Below, one piece after another: positions 1 to 13,917 of a stretch of 64,000 nucleotides of DNA. The DNA lies in NCBI GenBank assembly GCA_028534125.1, contig CM052817.1:44022001-44086000 (forward strand), in the 5' to 3' direction. The notes beneath the pieces are model-generated. The model was not told where the DNA came from, made no database searches, and was given only the letters and a program-made list of their open reading frames with translations. The DNA comes from Lama glama (Eukaryota). The position numbers and the translations under genes are program-made. Numbering within the stretch: position 1 is the first letter of the stretch; each line of letters starts with the position of its first letter.

Positions 1-108
1 ACCTTCATGCCTCTTCCATGAGGTGGGGAGGCCCACAGCACCAGTGACCCCGTCCAAAGTAATCCTTTTTTTTTTTCTCTCTGTTCCAATTTCTTGACTG
101 AATTCTTT

Positions 109-442
109 TTTTATTATATATTTATCTTTAAAAAAATTTGAAGTATAGTTGATTTACAATGTTTCAGGTGTGCAGCAAAATGATTCAGTTATCCATACAT
201 ATTCATATTCTTTTTCAGATTCTTTTCCATTATACTTTATTACAAGATATTCAATATAGTTCCCTGTGCTATACAGTACTCTTTGTTATCTATCTTATAT
301 ATAGTTCCCTGTGCTATACTATATTCTTTATTGTTTATTTTATATATAGTAGTGTATATCTGTTAAGCCCAAACTCCTTATTTATCCTACCCCCACTTCA
401 CTTTCCCCTTTGGCAACCATAGTCTGTTTTCCATGTCTGTGT
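109..442 (-). mobile_element. 5'-truncated L1 3' end with 15-bp TSD
   Basis: T-rich tail followed by L1 3'UTR antisense motifs (gaagtatagttgatttacaat...atatagttccctgtgctatacag). TSD ttgactgaattcttt at 94-108 and 443-457. Internal ~45-bp duplication of atatagttccctgtgctatac. Confidence 0.9.
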
Positions 443-999
443 TTGACTGAATTCTTTACTCTCGCTTATGTGGCCTGGATAGAGCTGGGGGATAAAACTT
501 GTTTCTAACCAGCTCTGTTGGAAGTTCTGCGTAGGCAATACAGCTCGTCACTGCGGATTGCGGAGTGGGTTGCTTTTTGGCTCTCAGCGAAAAATAAGAC
601 AGAGTCTTGTCATATTAGCAATTATGTCATTAATGTGAGATAAGTGAATGCAAGGATAGAAACACACAAAAGCTTTTGGAGCAAATGATATTAATGCAGA
701 CTAAGAAAGGGGAGGTGTTAACAAGTTTCTCACAAAGCTCAGGAACTCTCCTGAGCTGAGTTCCAAGAGATAGGAATCTAGGAAAGAGGAAAGAGGAGAT
801 ATTCCAAGTTAGTTTGTTTTCAGCTGCAGGGTTCATTTGGATTACTTGGGACTGTTTGCTACAATAGCTAGTATCACTGTAATACTCTGCATTTTTATCA
901 AACAAAACAACATTTAACATTACAAAGTATTCTTTCTGGGAAAAGTTGAACCTGAGTCTAGAGGATCTAGTCCGATCATTTATTTATAGAAAGTATGAA

Positions 1000-1420
1000 G
1001 ACAGAGGAGTAAGTGACACCAACACAAGGAAACAGATGAATCCAGAATGGGGAACATTGAGGAACTGACACATTTTCTGCAATGAGACAATGAAAGGGGG
1101 AAAAGTTGGGAAAAGAGACAACTGAGTACGCAAGAGACACAACAATGAAATGTGACATGTGGACTTTGTAGATGATGTCAAAGAATTATTAATAATCGTA
1201 TTAGGTACCATCTGGTATTGTGGTCAAGTTTTTAAGCACTGCATACTTAAGTATGCAACAGAGAAATGACACAATACCCCGTACTTTGAACTACTGTAGA
1301 AAAAAAAGACAAAAGGGATAGTTAAGCTAAGATGGAAAATCTTGATCTCTGTGCACTTTGGGTGATGGGTAAATGTGATTCATTATTCTTTTCAATTTTG
1401 TTAATGTTTAAAATTTTTAT
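1000..1420 (+). mobile_element. Ancient L1M (L1MC/ME-like) 3' fragment
   Basis: Diverged motifs such as agagacacaacaatgaaatgtgacatgtggac and ctttgggtgatgggtaaatgtgattcattattc, recalled from old L1 3' ends. Confidence 0.4.
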
Positions 1421-2439
1421 AATGTCCTTTGTTCAAAGTTCATTTCTTGTGTTTCCCTAGTATCCCTAGTGGGGTACTTTCCTTCTGATGATGTTGCTTT
1501 CATCTTGGGGTTCTCTTTTGCTGAAAAAGACCTCTCTGAGTTTTCTGCATCCAAATGGGCTGCAGAAAGAGAGAAGAGTGAAATTCACTCACTGGCTTCC
1601 ACTGACATCCCCTTAGCAAAAACGTGTCCTCTGGCTTTACCTAGACAGAAAGTCGCTCCTGAATGCACAGCCACTTCTAGCCTCTACTGCACACTGGGAA
1701 GGCAGAGCAAAGCTCTTCAGTGGATGGCTCATTGTCTCTGCTACATGCAGATTTCTGGGATCTGACAGCAGGGATTCTGGTTTAGCAGGCACGGGCGGCC
1801 TCAGCAATCTGCTTCCTTAACAAGTCCCACAGGTGACTCTGTGACACAGGGCACACTAAATATCTTCCATTTACTCTCCCAGGCAACACTCCGCCCTTCA
1901 CCACCACGTGCCCTGCACGGCCGACCACCATGGACTATGTCAAGGAGTTCCTTTGCCCTGTGGCTTCCAGTGGGGTTCAGCCAAAGCTGAGCACAGACTA
2001 GAGGGAAGGAGGGGATGGAAAGGAGGAGACTGAGGAGAGGAGACTTTGTTCCCAACCCCTACTCACCACAGAATGGCCACCCTGAGGTTTTTCTTCCCCC
2101 TCCAAGAGTCACAGTTCATTCAGCTGGCTCTCTCTATAGCCCTTTCTGTCTCCAGGTTCTGATAAGTGTTCCCTCCCCTCACCCCTTCCAGCCTAGGGCC
2201 AGTACCAATGTCCCACCAGAATATTACTTTATCCACATGGCTTCTCTATACCTGCCTACACCCTAAGAAATAGTGCTTTTATTCAATTTGCCTCAAATTC
2301 CCATCTGTTTCTGCTGGAACCCTGGCTGATGCACAGGGGGTCCATGAACAACATCGAGAAATACTAGGTCAAAGCAGGATATGCCACAGCCCTGAGGGAA
2401 CCTGAATAACACATCTGAACCTCAAGATATCCAATGCAA

Positions 2440-2780
2440 CTGGAGCATATGTGAAGAGTGAGAGGTGGCAATGAGGAAGCGGAAGACATCGCACCATTGA
2501 AGGGTCTTTCTCCCACGCTGGATCACTCTGACAGTAGCAGGAAGAGTCTTCAAGGGGGATTTGCAGTAACTGAGGTGAGAAATGAGGGTTTCAGCTAAAA
2601 GACAGTAGATAAATAATGAGACCAGAGAAGGAGAAAATCAAGGTCCTGTTTTAGAATCTACCTGCAGTGTTACCAGAGCTGCACTTGTGGACCAGTGAAT
2701 TCACAAGCACAGAAAAACATTGCCCCTCGAGACAAAAACAGAGGCAGTAGGTAAAGGAAGATCCTGGTTTTAGGGAAAGT
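2440..2780 (-). mobile_element. L2 fragment
   Basis: Purine-rich L2 antisense-like motifs (ttgcagtaactgaggtgagaaatgagggt). Highly diverged. Confidence 0.4.
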
Positions 2781-3997
2781 ACAAGTAGAAAAGCACTACC
2801 AGGATCATAATGTCTCTTATGCCACAAATCAAACCTTGACATTAACCTCTACATCTATCACCAAAAAGTTACACTCCAACTTGGGAGGTTCTTTTCCTCC
2901 CTCACGGGAAGATTTCCCATCGTAGGATCATTTGTTACAGCAAAGAAAATGGATATTTTTTGTACAGTCAGCTTTGCTAGGCTACATTTATTATGTGAAG
3001 AGAGAAATATCTCAGACTGGAAAGACTAAAAACTGTAAAGAGAAATATTATTTGAAAAACAGCATTGGTGACTTAAAAGACTATAGAGAGCTCTTCTAAT
3101 GTATTCCTAAAGACACATAATTTATATATACTAAGTTGGAAGGACTTCAAGACAGAGATTTTATTTCTTCACTTTCTCTCATTCTCTGCCTAGGAACTGA
3201 CATTATTATCTCAAGGTAAAAGAACCTTGTATTGTTACACATTTGCATAATTATTTTCAACCAGTTGCTTTAGGATACGTTTTGCTCTTTCCAACTTCTT
3301 TCTTATGATTTTTTAAAACAGAAGTCAAGGAGCTGATATGTGAATTTTAAGTAACATTTTACCATCAGTTTTGGCCCTGATCATAGAGCATTAGAGAATA
3401 TTCTGGCTTCCCTCATTAGTGTAGCATGGATTGTTTTGCGATAAGGGAAGTAAAAGCCTGTTTGCCTACTTGCCTTTGTGCGGTAGATATCATGAGTTCA
3501 ATGAGATTTTCTAAGTTTCTATGGCTCCAGACACTAAAGACGGTCTTGCCCACTTCTCCCTTCTAAATTATTTTGGCACTAAACTGGGGAGAGAGATGAG
3601 TCAGGGTACCAGCCTCATCTTTCATTGGAATAATGCTTGGTATATTTTTAAACATGCTACATTTTTCATTTGAAGGTGTCTTTAAAATCTTCAATTTGGC
3701 CATTGTATGTAACTAAATGATTGGATGCTTTTAAAATTCAGGCAGTGTTCCAAGTTGGAACTTAATTAGGATTAGAGTGAAAATTGAAACCATGTTCCAA
3801 ATTCGCCCACCGGAAATGTCAATCAGTACCTGTCCTACTTACAGTCCACTGTGAACAGGCGGCTTTAGGTGACCACACTTAATATCACCTGACCAGCTGA
3901 TGAGACAAAGATGGACACCCAAAGAAAGGGCTGCCAAAAACTGAACATACTAATAATCCTTATAGTCTTCTGTTTGAAGCCTAGACCATGGACCACT

Positions 3998-4518
3998 GTG
4001 CAATTTGGTTTCCTTGAGAAGCAAATACAGAGATGGAGCTTAACATCAAGGATATTTATTAAGATGTGCCCTTGGTTGCAAAAGTATGAAAGGGAGGGAG
4101 AGAAAGCAAGATTGAGAGGAGGGAAAGGTCTGGCTGTGATACAGTTCTTAGGAACAGCCTCAGCTGGCCCCACAGGGAAGCTCTGGAGCTGGAATGTTCT
4201 TCAGACATGTCCTGAGTTGGGGCCAGATGGCCAGGACTACATATTCCCTCACATTTCAGTCATAGGATGTAAGCCATGCTGGGAAGGGACATCCTTATGC
4301 TGGATGGCTCCCTCCCTGAGACAGTTACTAAAGGTCCCGACAGCTAAAGACTGTCTCATAAGATGACCAACTCCCCCAGATTTCCCAGGACTATCCTGAT
4401 TTTTAGCACTGCAAAATCCCAGGCAAACCAGAATGGCTGGTCCCCCTACTGTCTGCCAACAGCACTTTGGCAGCTGAGATAACAAATCTTTCATTACACG
4501 CATGTGTGTCCATCACAA
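3998..4518 (-). mobile_element. ERVL LTR (LTR16-like), interrupted by a small hAT element
   Basis: gagaagcaaatacagagatggag...gcctcagctggccccacagggaagctctggagctgg resembles LTR16 antisense and the LTRs at 20760-21158 and 32710-33120. Confidence 0.65.
4359..4448. mobile_element. hAT-Blackjack MITE (MER81/MER94-like)
   Basis: Imperfect TIRs taagatgacca...tggtcccccta. 8-bp near-TSD ctgtctca (4351-4358) / ctgtctgc (4449-4456). Confidence 0.7.
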
Positions 4519-5377
4519 CAGCTTTACTATTCCCTGGGATTTCAGGGACCTCATGTTGGAGTCCAGTACCTGCCAAAGTTCTTAAACGCTACAAGTGTTA
4601 AAGGTAATTGCTGTGTTTCGATGATCATAGCAAGTAGACTTGCTTAGAAGCAAGGAATGACCATGAAATCTCCTTTCCTATCTCCCAAACATTAGTGGTC
4701 ACATAAATTCAGATCACTTTGGAAAGGTCTCACTTGACCAAGGAGACAGTACAATACGGAAGTCTAGCATTCTTATCAAGTTACTCTGCAGGTGCCTTTC
4801 CCTATGGCAAAGTCCCCTTGCAGTGTATTTCCTGTTCTCTGCTGGCATGGCCTACCCCTCTAAGACCAGGCAGCCTGATAAATAGCAAATATGCCTGGAA
4901 ACAATTATTCTATGTCAAAATCTAGAAGAAAACAGCCTGTTCCAATGTCAGTAGAGGACAGAATTTCTAAAATTTGTCATATATCATAGAATTGGTGATA
5001 ATTCAGTAACTAGTAATGTTCACCGAGTTCACACTGTCGATGTTGAGGTTATAAGAATGACCAGATACACAGGATGATAAAAAGAACATAAAACGAAAAC
5101 TAAAGGAACAGTTGGTTGGTTGAAATGGAAAGAAAACAGCTTTGGCCATAGAGGTGGGAATGCAGAACAGAGCTTGACTCCCTTTCCTACCAAACCATCT
5201 TGGCATGACCCCTTCCCCTGTGGTCTCCACCTAGCCTCTCATACCTCAACCCAAGAAACTACTTTTTTATTCAATGTATCTTCCTGTCCAACTGTCTACA
5301 AGAGCCAGATCTGAGAAACTTAAGGAAGCAACACTCATTTACTAGTGAATAGCTAAGTGGCATCCAAGGTAGAATTT

Positions 5378-5487
5378 TTTAAAATTTTTTATTGATTTAT
5401 AATCATTTTACAATGTTGTGTCAAATTCTAGTGTACAGCACAATTTTTCAGTCATACATGAACATATATATATTCATTGTCACATTT
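5378..5487 (-). mobile_element. Very short young L1 3' end with 13-bp TSD
   Basis: Reverse complement closely matches 8910-9020. TSD caaggtagaattt at 5365-5377 and 5488-5500. Confidence 0.92.
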
Positions 5488-6394
5488 CAAGGTAGAATTT
5501 AAAACAATGTGCCTCCAAGTAAACTAACAAATACAGATGCTCAAAGATGCTCAAAAATATTTCATTGATGGTTCCTTAGATTCAAGCTTAATTGGCTACC
5601 AATACATGAAACACTTTTATAGCTGTGAGAAGACATTTTCAACATATTCCTCTAAATAGGATTTTTGGAAATGAAAGTTTACAGGAACGCTGTTATCAGT
5701 CTTGGGAACTGTGTGCAAAAAAGTAAACATATTTGCCCTACTTGTTTTCTCAATCTTAAGATGATAGACACCCAAATAATCTCCTGCTGACATACTGTGA
5801 GTGCAACTCAAAACCATAAGTATACCTGCAAGGATGAATCTACAACTTTCATTCGGTTAATGGGTTTTTGTTGTTATTTTAGCCATAGCTTCTCTTTTTC
5901 AGACCTGTGGCTCAAATATCAAAATTAATTCTAGGGCATAAATCCTTTTAAACAAATGTTACCCTACTGGTCATTCTAATTATATAAGTAATTCATCATA
6001 ATCCCTTCAGTGAAAATTGAGCCTTCCCATAATTTGGATCATTCTCAGAGATGGAAAATGAGTTGTAATTCAATGAATTTGGGAAGCAATCATTGCTTTT
6101 AAAAAGAAAACTAAGTTCTGATATTACAATTATAACAGAGGGAAAAAATACAGAATTGAAACATTACAAATTTGTATTTTTGGGGTCAGATTATGAGAAA
6201 TTTAGGAGAATATTAAAAACATAATTTCTAATGAGAAAAGTAGAGAATAATCTTGTCTGATGTCAGTACTTTTATTCATTGAGATTTTAAAAATAGAAGT
6301 ATAATTCATTTCTTAGGTGTTAAAACTGATAAAAATTGAATTTTCTAAAAAGTTGATTTTATTGATTGGTGTCAATTACACGTTGGGAAGTTTT

Positions 6395-6472
6395 CCTTTT
6401 TTAATGTGATAAAATACACATAACAAAATTTGCCACCTTAACCATTTCAATGGCTCAGTGGTATTAAATACA

Positions 6473-6527
<55 letters not shown>

Positions 6528-7150
6528 CCATCACTACCATCCACCCATAATTCTTTTGATTTTGTGAAACTGAAACTATCCTCTTAAATCATAACTCCCC
6601 ATACTGCACCCACCAGTCCCTGCAAACCACCATTATACTTTCTGTCTTTATGAATTTGACTATTCCAGATACTTCATATAAGTAGATATAAGTAGAATCA
6701 TAATGTAATTTTTTTGTGTGTGACTGGCTTATTTCACTTAGCATGAAGTCCTCAAGTTCATGTTATAGTATGTTTCAGAATTTCCTTCCTTTTTAAGACT
6801 GAATAATATCCCATGCAATGTATATACTACATTTTATTTATCTATTCCCTCCTCAGTGAACACTGGGTTTGTTTCCATGTTTTAGCCATAGTGAATAATG
6901 CTGCTATGAACATGAGTGTACAAATATCTCTTTGAGACATTGCTTTCAATTCATTTGAATATATGCCCAGAAGTGAAATTGCTAAATCATACGATGATTC
7001 TATTTTAATTTTTTGAAATACTATCATTTTACTTTCCATAGTACCATTTTACATTTCCATCAATGGTGCACAAGTGTTCTAGTTTCCTCATATTCTCACC
7101 AACACTTGTTATTTTACGGGTTTTTTTTTTATAATAGCCATCTTAAGGGA
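6395..7150 (-). mobile_element. Older L1 (L1MA/MB-like) 3' region
   Basis: Antisense L1 3'UTR. Minus-strand ORF 6842-7039 gives ORF2 C-terminal-like DLAISLLGIY...[20 protein letters not shown]. Confidence 0.85.
6476..6526. repeat. (TA)n microsatellite, ~25 units
   Basis: Perfect TA run seen directly. Confidence 0.98.
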
Positions 7151-7413
7151 TGGATATAATTCTCAGATGTAGGGATTCATTTAAAAGAAAACAGAGAAGA
7201 AAAACAATGAAAAAGAAGCAGTACCACATTTGGACAGTATAGGTGAGAAAATGTAACTATAAAATGATGCAATTAAAATTTCTCAGCTCATTTTAGTTTT
7301 ACAGTTGTCAAAGTAATGTGTGATGTCAATGAAGAAATATTTGTGGCATGCAGACAATTGTTTCTTAAAAAAACTATTGTCATGGGGCTTGTAAAAAAAA
7401 CCTTGTATTTTTT

Positions 7414-9032
7414 TGAATGGGAGAAAATTTTTGCAAATGAAACCGACAAAGGCTTGATCTCCAGAATATAAAAGCAGCTCATACGACTCAATAAGAAAAA
7501 AATAAACAACCCAATCCAAAAATGGGCAGAAGACCTAAACAAGCAATTCTCCAAGGAAGACATACAAATGATGAAAAGGCACAAGAAAAAGTGTTCAATA
7601 TCACTAATTATCAGAGAAATGCAAATCAAAACTACAATGAGGTATCACCTCACACCAGTCAGAATGGCCGTCATTCAAAAATCCACAAATAACAAATGCT
7701 GGAGAGGCTGTGGAGTAAGGGGAACCCTCCTACACTGCTGGTGGGAATGCAGTTTGGTGCAGCCACTATGGAAAACAGTGTGGAGATTCCTCAAAAGACT
7801 AGGAGNNNNNNNNNNNNNNNNNNNNNNNNNNNNNNNNNNNNNNNNNNNNNNNNNNNNNNNNNNNNNNNNNNNNNNNNNNNNNNNNNNNNNNNNNNNNNNN
7901 NNNNNNNNNNNNNNNNNNNNNNNNNNNNNNNNNNNNNNNNNNNNNNNNNNNNNNNNNNNNNNNNNNNNNNNNNNNNNNNNNNNNNNNNNNNNNNNNNNNN
8001 NNNNNNNNNNNNNNNNNNNNNNNNNNNNNNNNNNNNNNNNNNNNNNNNNNNNNNNNNNNNNNNNNNNNNNNNNNNNNNNNNNNNNNNNNNNNNNNNNNNN
8101 NNNNNNNNNNNNNNNNNNNNNNNNNNNNNNNNNNNNNNNNNNNNNNNNNNNNNNNNNNNNNNNNNNNNNNNNNNNNNNNNNNNNNNNNNNNNNNNNNNNN
8201 NNNNNNNNNNNNNNNNNNNNNNNNNNNNNNNNNNNNNNNNNNNNNNNNNNNNNNNNNNNNNNNNNNNNNNNNNNNNNNNNNNNNNNNNNNNNNNNNNNNN
8301 NNNNNGCTGCTGGTGGGAATGCAGTTTGGTGCAGCCACTGTGGAAAACAGTATGGAGATTCTTCAAAAGACTAGGAATAGACTTACCATATGACCCAGGA
8401 ATCCTGCTCCTGGGCATATATCCAGAAGGAACCCTACTTCAAAAAGACAGCTGTACCCCAATGTTCATAGCAGCACTATTTACAATAGCCAAGACATGGA
8501 AACAGCCTAAATGTCCATCAACAGATGACTGGATAAAGAAGAAGTGGTATATTTATACAGTGGAATACTATTCAGCCATAAAAATGACAACATAATGCTA
8601 TTTGCAGCAATATGGATGTCCCTGGAGAATGTCATTCTAAGTGAAGTAAGCCAGAAAGAGAAAGAAAAATACCATATGAGATCACTCATATGTGGAGTTT
8701 AAAAAAATGAACATAAATACAAAACAGAAACAGACTCATAGACATAGAATGCAAACTTGTGATTGTCATGGGGGCAGGGGGTGGGAAGGGACAGATTGGG
8801 ATTTCAAAATTTGTAGACACTGACAGGCATATATAGAATAGATAAACAAGATTATAGTGTATAGCACAGGGATATATATACAAGATCTTGTGGTAGCTCA
8901 TAGCAAAAAAAATGTGACAATGAATATATGTATGTTCACATATAACTGAAAAATTGTGCTCTACACTGGAAATTGACACGACATTGTAAACTGACTATAA
9001 CTCAATAAAAAAATGTTAAAAAACAAAAAAAA
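7414..9032 (+). mobile_element. Young L1: ORF2 C-terminus, 3'UTR and A-rich tail, spanning a gap
   Basis: ORF2 peptides [22 protein letters not shown] and [29 protein letters not shown] and A-tail at ~9004-9032. Confidence 0.93.
7806..8305. other. Assembly gap (500 N)
   Basis: N run. Confidence 1.
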
Positions 9033-9649
9033 GCAGAAACCACTGTCCTATCTGGAAGAAAAAGATAGTATCATTTAGGGTAACAAATGCAACTCCTAAG
9101 TTAACTAGGGCTCCAGAATATTAAATTGTGAAAAGGATAGCAAGAGATTATGATTTCCTGCTAGGACAACTGACATCACACTTTTGCTCATGTGTTCTTG
9201 ATTGCCCTTTATATAAAGGCTAATCTTGTGGGCTGTTCTAGGAATGCCATTCTGTACAAATCATCTCCATAGATGACTGTGGGTCAGGTCTCTCTGAGGG
9301 TCATTCAGCCTTTTTGTTCATTGTGGTCATTCTTTCCATCTTGTTCAGAGGGTTAAGCGTGGTCATTTGATCTCTGCTCTTCCGAGGTTCTATCATCCCC
9401 ATTGCTTCCAGGAGCCCAGGTCCATAACAGCTTCTCTTATTGTCAGTTTCAGCTCATAGAGGATAGCTTTTCATCAAGGTTGGTGCAGCATTTAAAGTGG
9501 TCAGTATCTGCAGCTTGAGGACAGCCTGTGATGAAATTCAGGCCCAATACCTGACTACAGAACAGCAGAATTATAAATAAGGCTGAACTCATAGTCCCAG
9601 AACATCTTCTATGCTAAAGTCTGGCCCTATAAGAAAGGAGTGAGTAAAA

Positions 9650-10327
9650 CCTGTGATAGGGATGCACTTAAGAACTCGAAATGCTCACATTCCCCTAAAC
9701 ACTCTGGGGACAATAGAATTGCCCCATGGCCCCTTACTAGAGCATATGGGCCCCCACTACCTGGTAACATGCAAAGGTCTCACCTGAGGCATATGCCTTG
9801 CAAGATGATGTTGTCCTAAATTTTGACCCCATCTCTCCTCATGACCTCTAGGCCAATAGTGAGGAGCAAGAGCCAGCATGGCCCAATTAAGGAAGTGCCA
9901 TCCATGCTTTAGGAGCCAGAGCAAGAGAAGACTCTGCAGCAAATTCAGGCTATGGCTCTTCATTCTGTTTCCATGGGAACAAGATTGGCTGTAATATGGG
10001 GATGAGTAAAACTACCAGGGAGTCAACATTCCCAGTTGTGATCCTCAGTCAATGAGGAACGGGAGTGGATGGGTGAATACCCGTTTCCTTGCCCATCAAT
10101 AGATAATGCAAAGTGTATTTCACATTGTTCTTTGAGGGTCCCAGTGGGAACAAGCCCCAGTTGCCCACAGGAGTAACCCACTTCTTAAAGCACCGTTTTT
10201 GGGTTTTTTTTTGGATTTACTATCTTCCCTGTCTCATCTCTCCTCTCCACTGCTCCCCTCCAAAATAAACTAGCACATACAAATCCTTGTCTCAGGCTCT
10301 GCTTTCAGAAGCACCCAATCCAAGACA
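9650..10327 (+). mobile_element. ERVL internal remnant followed by LTR33-like LTR
   Basis: gagccagagcaagagaagactctgcagcaaattcaggct resembles the ERVL pol motif PEQEKALQQVQA. The LTR ends aataaactagcacatacaaatccttgtctcaggctctgcttt...ccaagaca. Confidence 0.65.
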
Positions 10328-10339
10328 AAGCTTGAAGTG

Positions 10340-10745
10340 TCTGGAATTCAATGAGGAAGTGGAGATGAATTGAGGCGAAGTGAAGAAGCATGTAGAGGCC
10401 AGATCATGTGGAGTTTTATAGTACCTCAAAAGCTTGAATTTAATTCTAAGAGCAATGGGAAGTCAAGACATGTTTTAAATAGAAGGATAATGAATAAATC
10501 TAAGTTTCTATGAAAAAATTATGCTGATTTCTTTGGAGAGGATTATTTTAATGGTATAATGGATGCAGGTAGGCCAGCTATAGGGAGATGAGGGTACTTT
10601 GGTGAGAAAGGTGGCAGTGGAGAGGAAAGAACAAGCTGATTCCAAGTGTTTTAGAGTTAAATTCTACAGGACTTGCTGATGGACTGATTGGTTATGAGGG
10701 CCAAGGGAAAATGATTGGGCCATTCACTGAAATGGAGAGGACGGG
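10340..10745 (-). mobile_element. L2 fragment
   Basis: ggccagatcatgtggag...aattctaagagcaatgggaag and ctacaggacttgctgatggactg are typical L2 antisense motifs. Confidence 0.7.
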
Positions 10746-12149
10746 TTAGGGCATCCTTCAAATTTCAGATTAAATATTTCTTCTCCCTTATTCTTTAATC
10801 TTTCTGCCTATGAGGTCCAGGATCCAGATACTTCTGGACAGATTGAGTTGGGTGGGGTGTCAGAGCTCAGTGGATGATGACAGATTTCCCTTCACAAGTT
10901 GGGGAGGTCCATGGGCTGGGGATACATGTGTTAGTATTTTTGTTTCTGTCATACTCACTTTTTAGGTATAATGAAAAGACACTATTGCATTCCCCAAGCT
11001 CTTTGTATTATATAATTACAATTTTGTAAGGACAAGTTGCAACTGCAAATAGTTGCAAATTTTAACTTGACTCTTAGCCAAGTTACACCACCCAGACTGC
11101 TGGAAGTGCATCTACTAAAAAGTGAAAAGTAATTACAAATTGAGCCATGTTCCCTTCATGAAGGGGGAGGAATAGTCAGCTTCCTGGACAGCACAGGCTA
11201 CGGGAAGGAGATAGCTTCCTAGGCAGCACAGATGGCTTGTGCATTATTAGCCCCACAGGGCAGAGGGACACTGAAAAATGGTCTAGAAGCCATTGCTCTC
11301 TAGAGAAAACACAGAAGTGCTTTAAGCAGTCTGCCTCTCAGACAGCTCTAAGCCTCCCTCTCCACTGGGTCCATGGTGTCCTGATTCCACCCAAGAAAGG
11401 AATAACTCCCTTTTAAACACTGGGGAAGACAACAGTCCCGTTGGCATCAGCTGTAGACCAACGATCACTAAAGACTTGAATTCCAATCAGTAGAGACTTG
11501 ATTAAATAGGGGTAGAAATTCTAGAGGTTTAGACTTAGAAGTTGTGGGTCATACAAGAAGCTCAGCTTCTAGAAATTTGTCTGCAGGCATTCACACATGT
11601 ACCTTTCATTTTGGCAGATCACACCACATATGAAGAGGCTGGGGAGGGGTGGGCTTCCACAGGACAACCCCCAAGGAAGTAGGGCACTTCAGGCCCAGTC
11701 CTTTTCAAGGCTTCTTCTCTATGTGTGGTGCAGAATGGTTAATACTGAACTATCAGATGACTAGGAAGAGACTCAAACACTTCCCACACCAAACCTTTGT
11801 TTCCACATAGTAGACTCTACATCCCTACTGAAAGCCAAAGACTGTTCTAAATAAAACCTGAATTGCACTGGCTCCTGCCCTCAATGGGATCGATGCCTCA
11901 CATCACCCATAGCCCTATCAGTCATCATTCACACTCTTCATTCTCTGCTACTAGGATGAAAGTCAGAACTCACATATTCTGGAACTGGATCAATCACAGA
12001 ATCATATACTCACTGGTTAAAACCCCAATGCAGCAGAAACTCAGAATTGCCCCTTACCTTTACCATAAAACAGATGACATTGCTAGATATATTCAAGTAT
12101 GGCAGATGCTGTTTGTCGGCCTCATTCTACATGACCCTGGTCACTTTTA

Positions 12150-12921
12150 AGCTGGTCTGCAACTGCCACTGGACAGCCTCCCACCTCAAGCATCTATCTG
12201 AGCTGCTCTGCCTGAGGGTTTTCTCTGGTGCTAAAGGTGCTTGTTTGGAAGTGCCAAGGACTAGAATGCCCTTTGGGGTATCTCTCAACCAATGACAGGT
12301 GGAAGTCACTGGAAAAATACTCTAGCCTCCTCATCCCATAGTAGGACAATCCTGAGGTATATTCTCAGCAGATACCCAGAGAGTCCCCAGGGAAATTGAA
12401 CCACAGTTGCCTACAGCAGTATCCTGCTCAACCATATTGGTTTTCTTCCTGTGACAGACAAAGAGATGTACTGCATGATCCAGAGTGTGGCCAGCAGCCA
12501 CAGATGTCAGCTCCTGCGGTGTCTGCCTTAGTCACAGAGTTGTCTCACATGAGGCCATGCCCTTCTTGGGAAACTCACATCTGATGTGAGATGAGGGTAC
12601 AAAGGTGTGGGCATTTTGGCCCCATGCAGGATGATGCTATGGGCAATATTTGCTCCAGAGCTCCCTGCCCCACTGACAAATACTCGTCAGGCCCACATCA
12701 CAATGTAACTGCCCAGTCCTGCTTCTTCATCCCTCCTTTCACAGACAACGATTCTTAAGAAGTATCTTGCACCCCAAACTCTGCCTAGAACCTGCATCTA
12801 GGAAAAATAATCTATGACATTTTCCCCATCTCTCTCCCCACTCCTCACTTTTGCTCCAGATACTACAGATAAACCTCCTGCACTCAAGTCTTTGGCTTTT
12901 TGGAGGGAACTCAAACTAGAA
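12150..12921 (+). mobile_element. LTR33-like LTR with a nested LTR16-like LTR (12450-12819)
   Basis: The host LTR motif cccagggaaattgaaccacagttgcctacagcag stops at 12449 and resumes at 12820. The insert has TG...CA ends and cttcc/tttcc-like flanks. Confidence 0.6.
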
Positions 12922-13469
12922 TCAGACAGAAAGAGGAGAACAGTCTTTCTTGGTTTCTGATCTTTCCTTCCATGTAGAGGCAGCTCCTGCAGCTAAAACA
13001 CTCTTGGGTTTTCTCTCACTACTCCTGTCCTCCTCCGCTCCTCCTTGAAAGGCTAGACTGGGTATGTGTAGTCCAGCTAGTTCCTCTTTCCTTCTGGAGT
13101 GAGGCTTCCCACAGGAAACATGTGTTCTCTCCCATTCCTGCCTGTCTGTTTTCTAGAGGCAACTCGTGACTTAGAGTCCTGTAGTGGTCAGTGTTGCTGG
13201 AATGGCGAAGTGTCTAACTCTGGGCTTAGTTTTGAGAAGCCCACTGCCCTGCAGAAATAAGCCATTTTATCCAACATCTGGCTACTCAGTAGAAAAGCCA
13301 GTATTTTGGCTACCATCTGCTGGCTTTTGTGCTGGGTCTATATTTAAGAATTCAAGCAGGAAAGAAAAAGATAATCTATTAGTTTCCACCAGGCCCCTTC
13401 ACTCATCTAGAGAGCAAACTGCAGCTCTGTTTTGAGTCACCTGGGTTGTATCCAGGCAAGGAGAGTGTT

Positions 13470-13917
13470 GTGGCCATGGAGGTGCCCTATGCTGATGTTC
13501 CATCAAGAAACCAGCTGCAGAAAACCTAGCTGACTGGCAACCTCAGATGCTGCTTTCTGGACCTGCCCTTGTGTTCACTAAGATGCCAAGGGGACTGAGC
13601 TTCTCAAAACCAACGACGGAGCACATTAGGAGTTCTGAAGCCGGCCAGCCCTGCTGGATGCGTGTTTCATCTCACAGGCAATTTTGGCTCCAGAACTGCC
13701 TGGTCGCCCCTTTCTCAGAACCACACTGCAGACTGAGGCTCTTCGTAACCAACCCTTGCTTCCCTCTCTCCTGTTACAGGTGTCAGTCCTGCAAGAGGGT
13801 CTGAAATTTCTCCCCGCGTACCTCTGCTTCTTTCTCCTTTACACTTCACAGGTATTGCCCTGTTCCTTGCATGTCTAATCCATCCTGGTTTTGACTCTTG
13901 GAGGATCTGAACCGACT
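13470..13917 (+). mobile_element. LTR16A-like solo LTR (ERVL)
   Basis: tgtggccatggaggtgcc...ctgcagactgaggctcttc...acaggtgtcagtcctgca...cttgcatgtctaatccatcctgg...ttggaggatctgaac follows the recalled LTR16A consensus. Confidence 0.75.

Noticed and set aside
7568..8595. Long ORFs here and at 40082-40841 and 61079-61956
   Set aside because: Artefacts of translation through N gaps.
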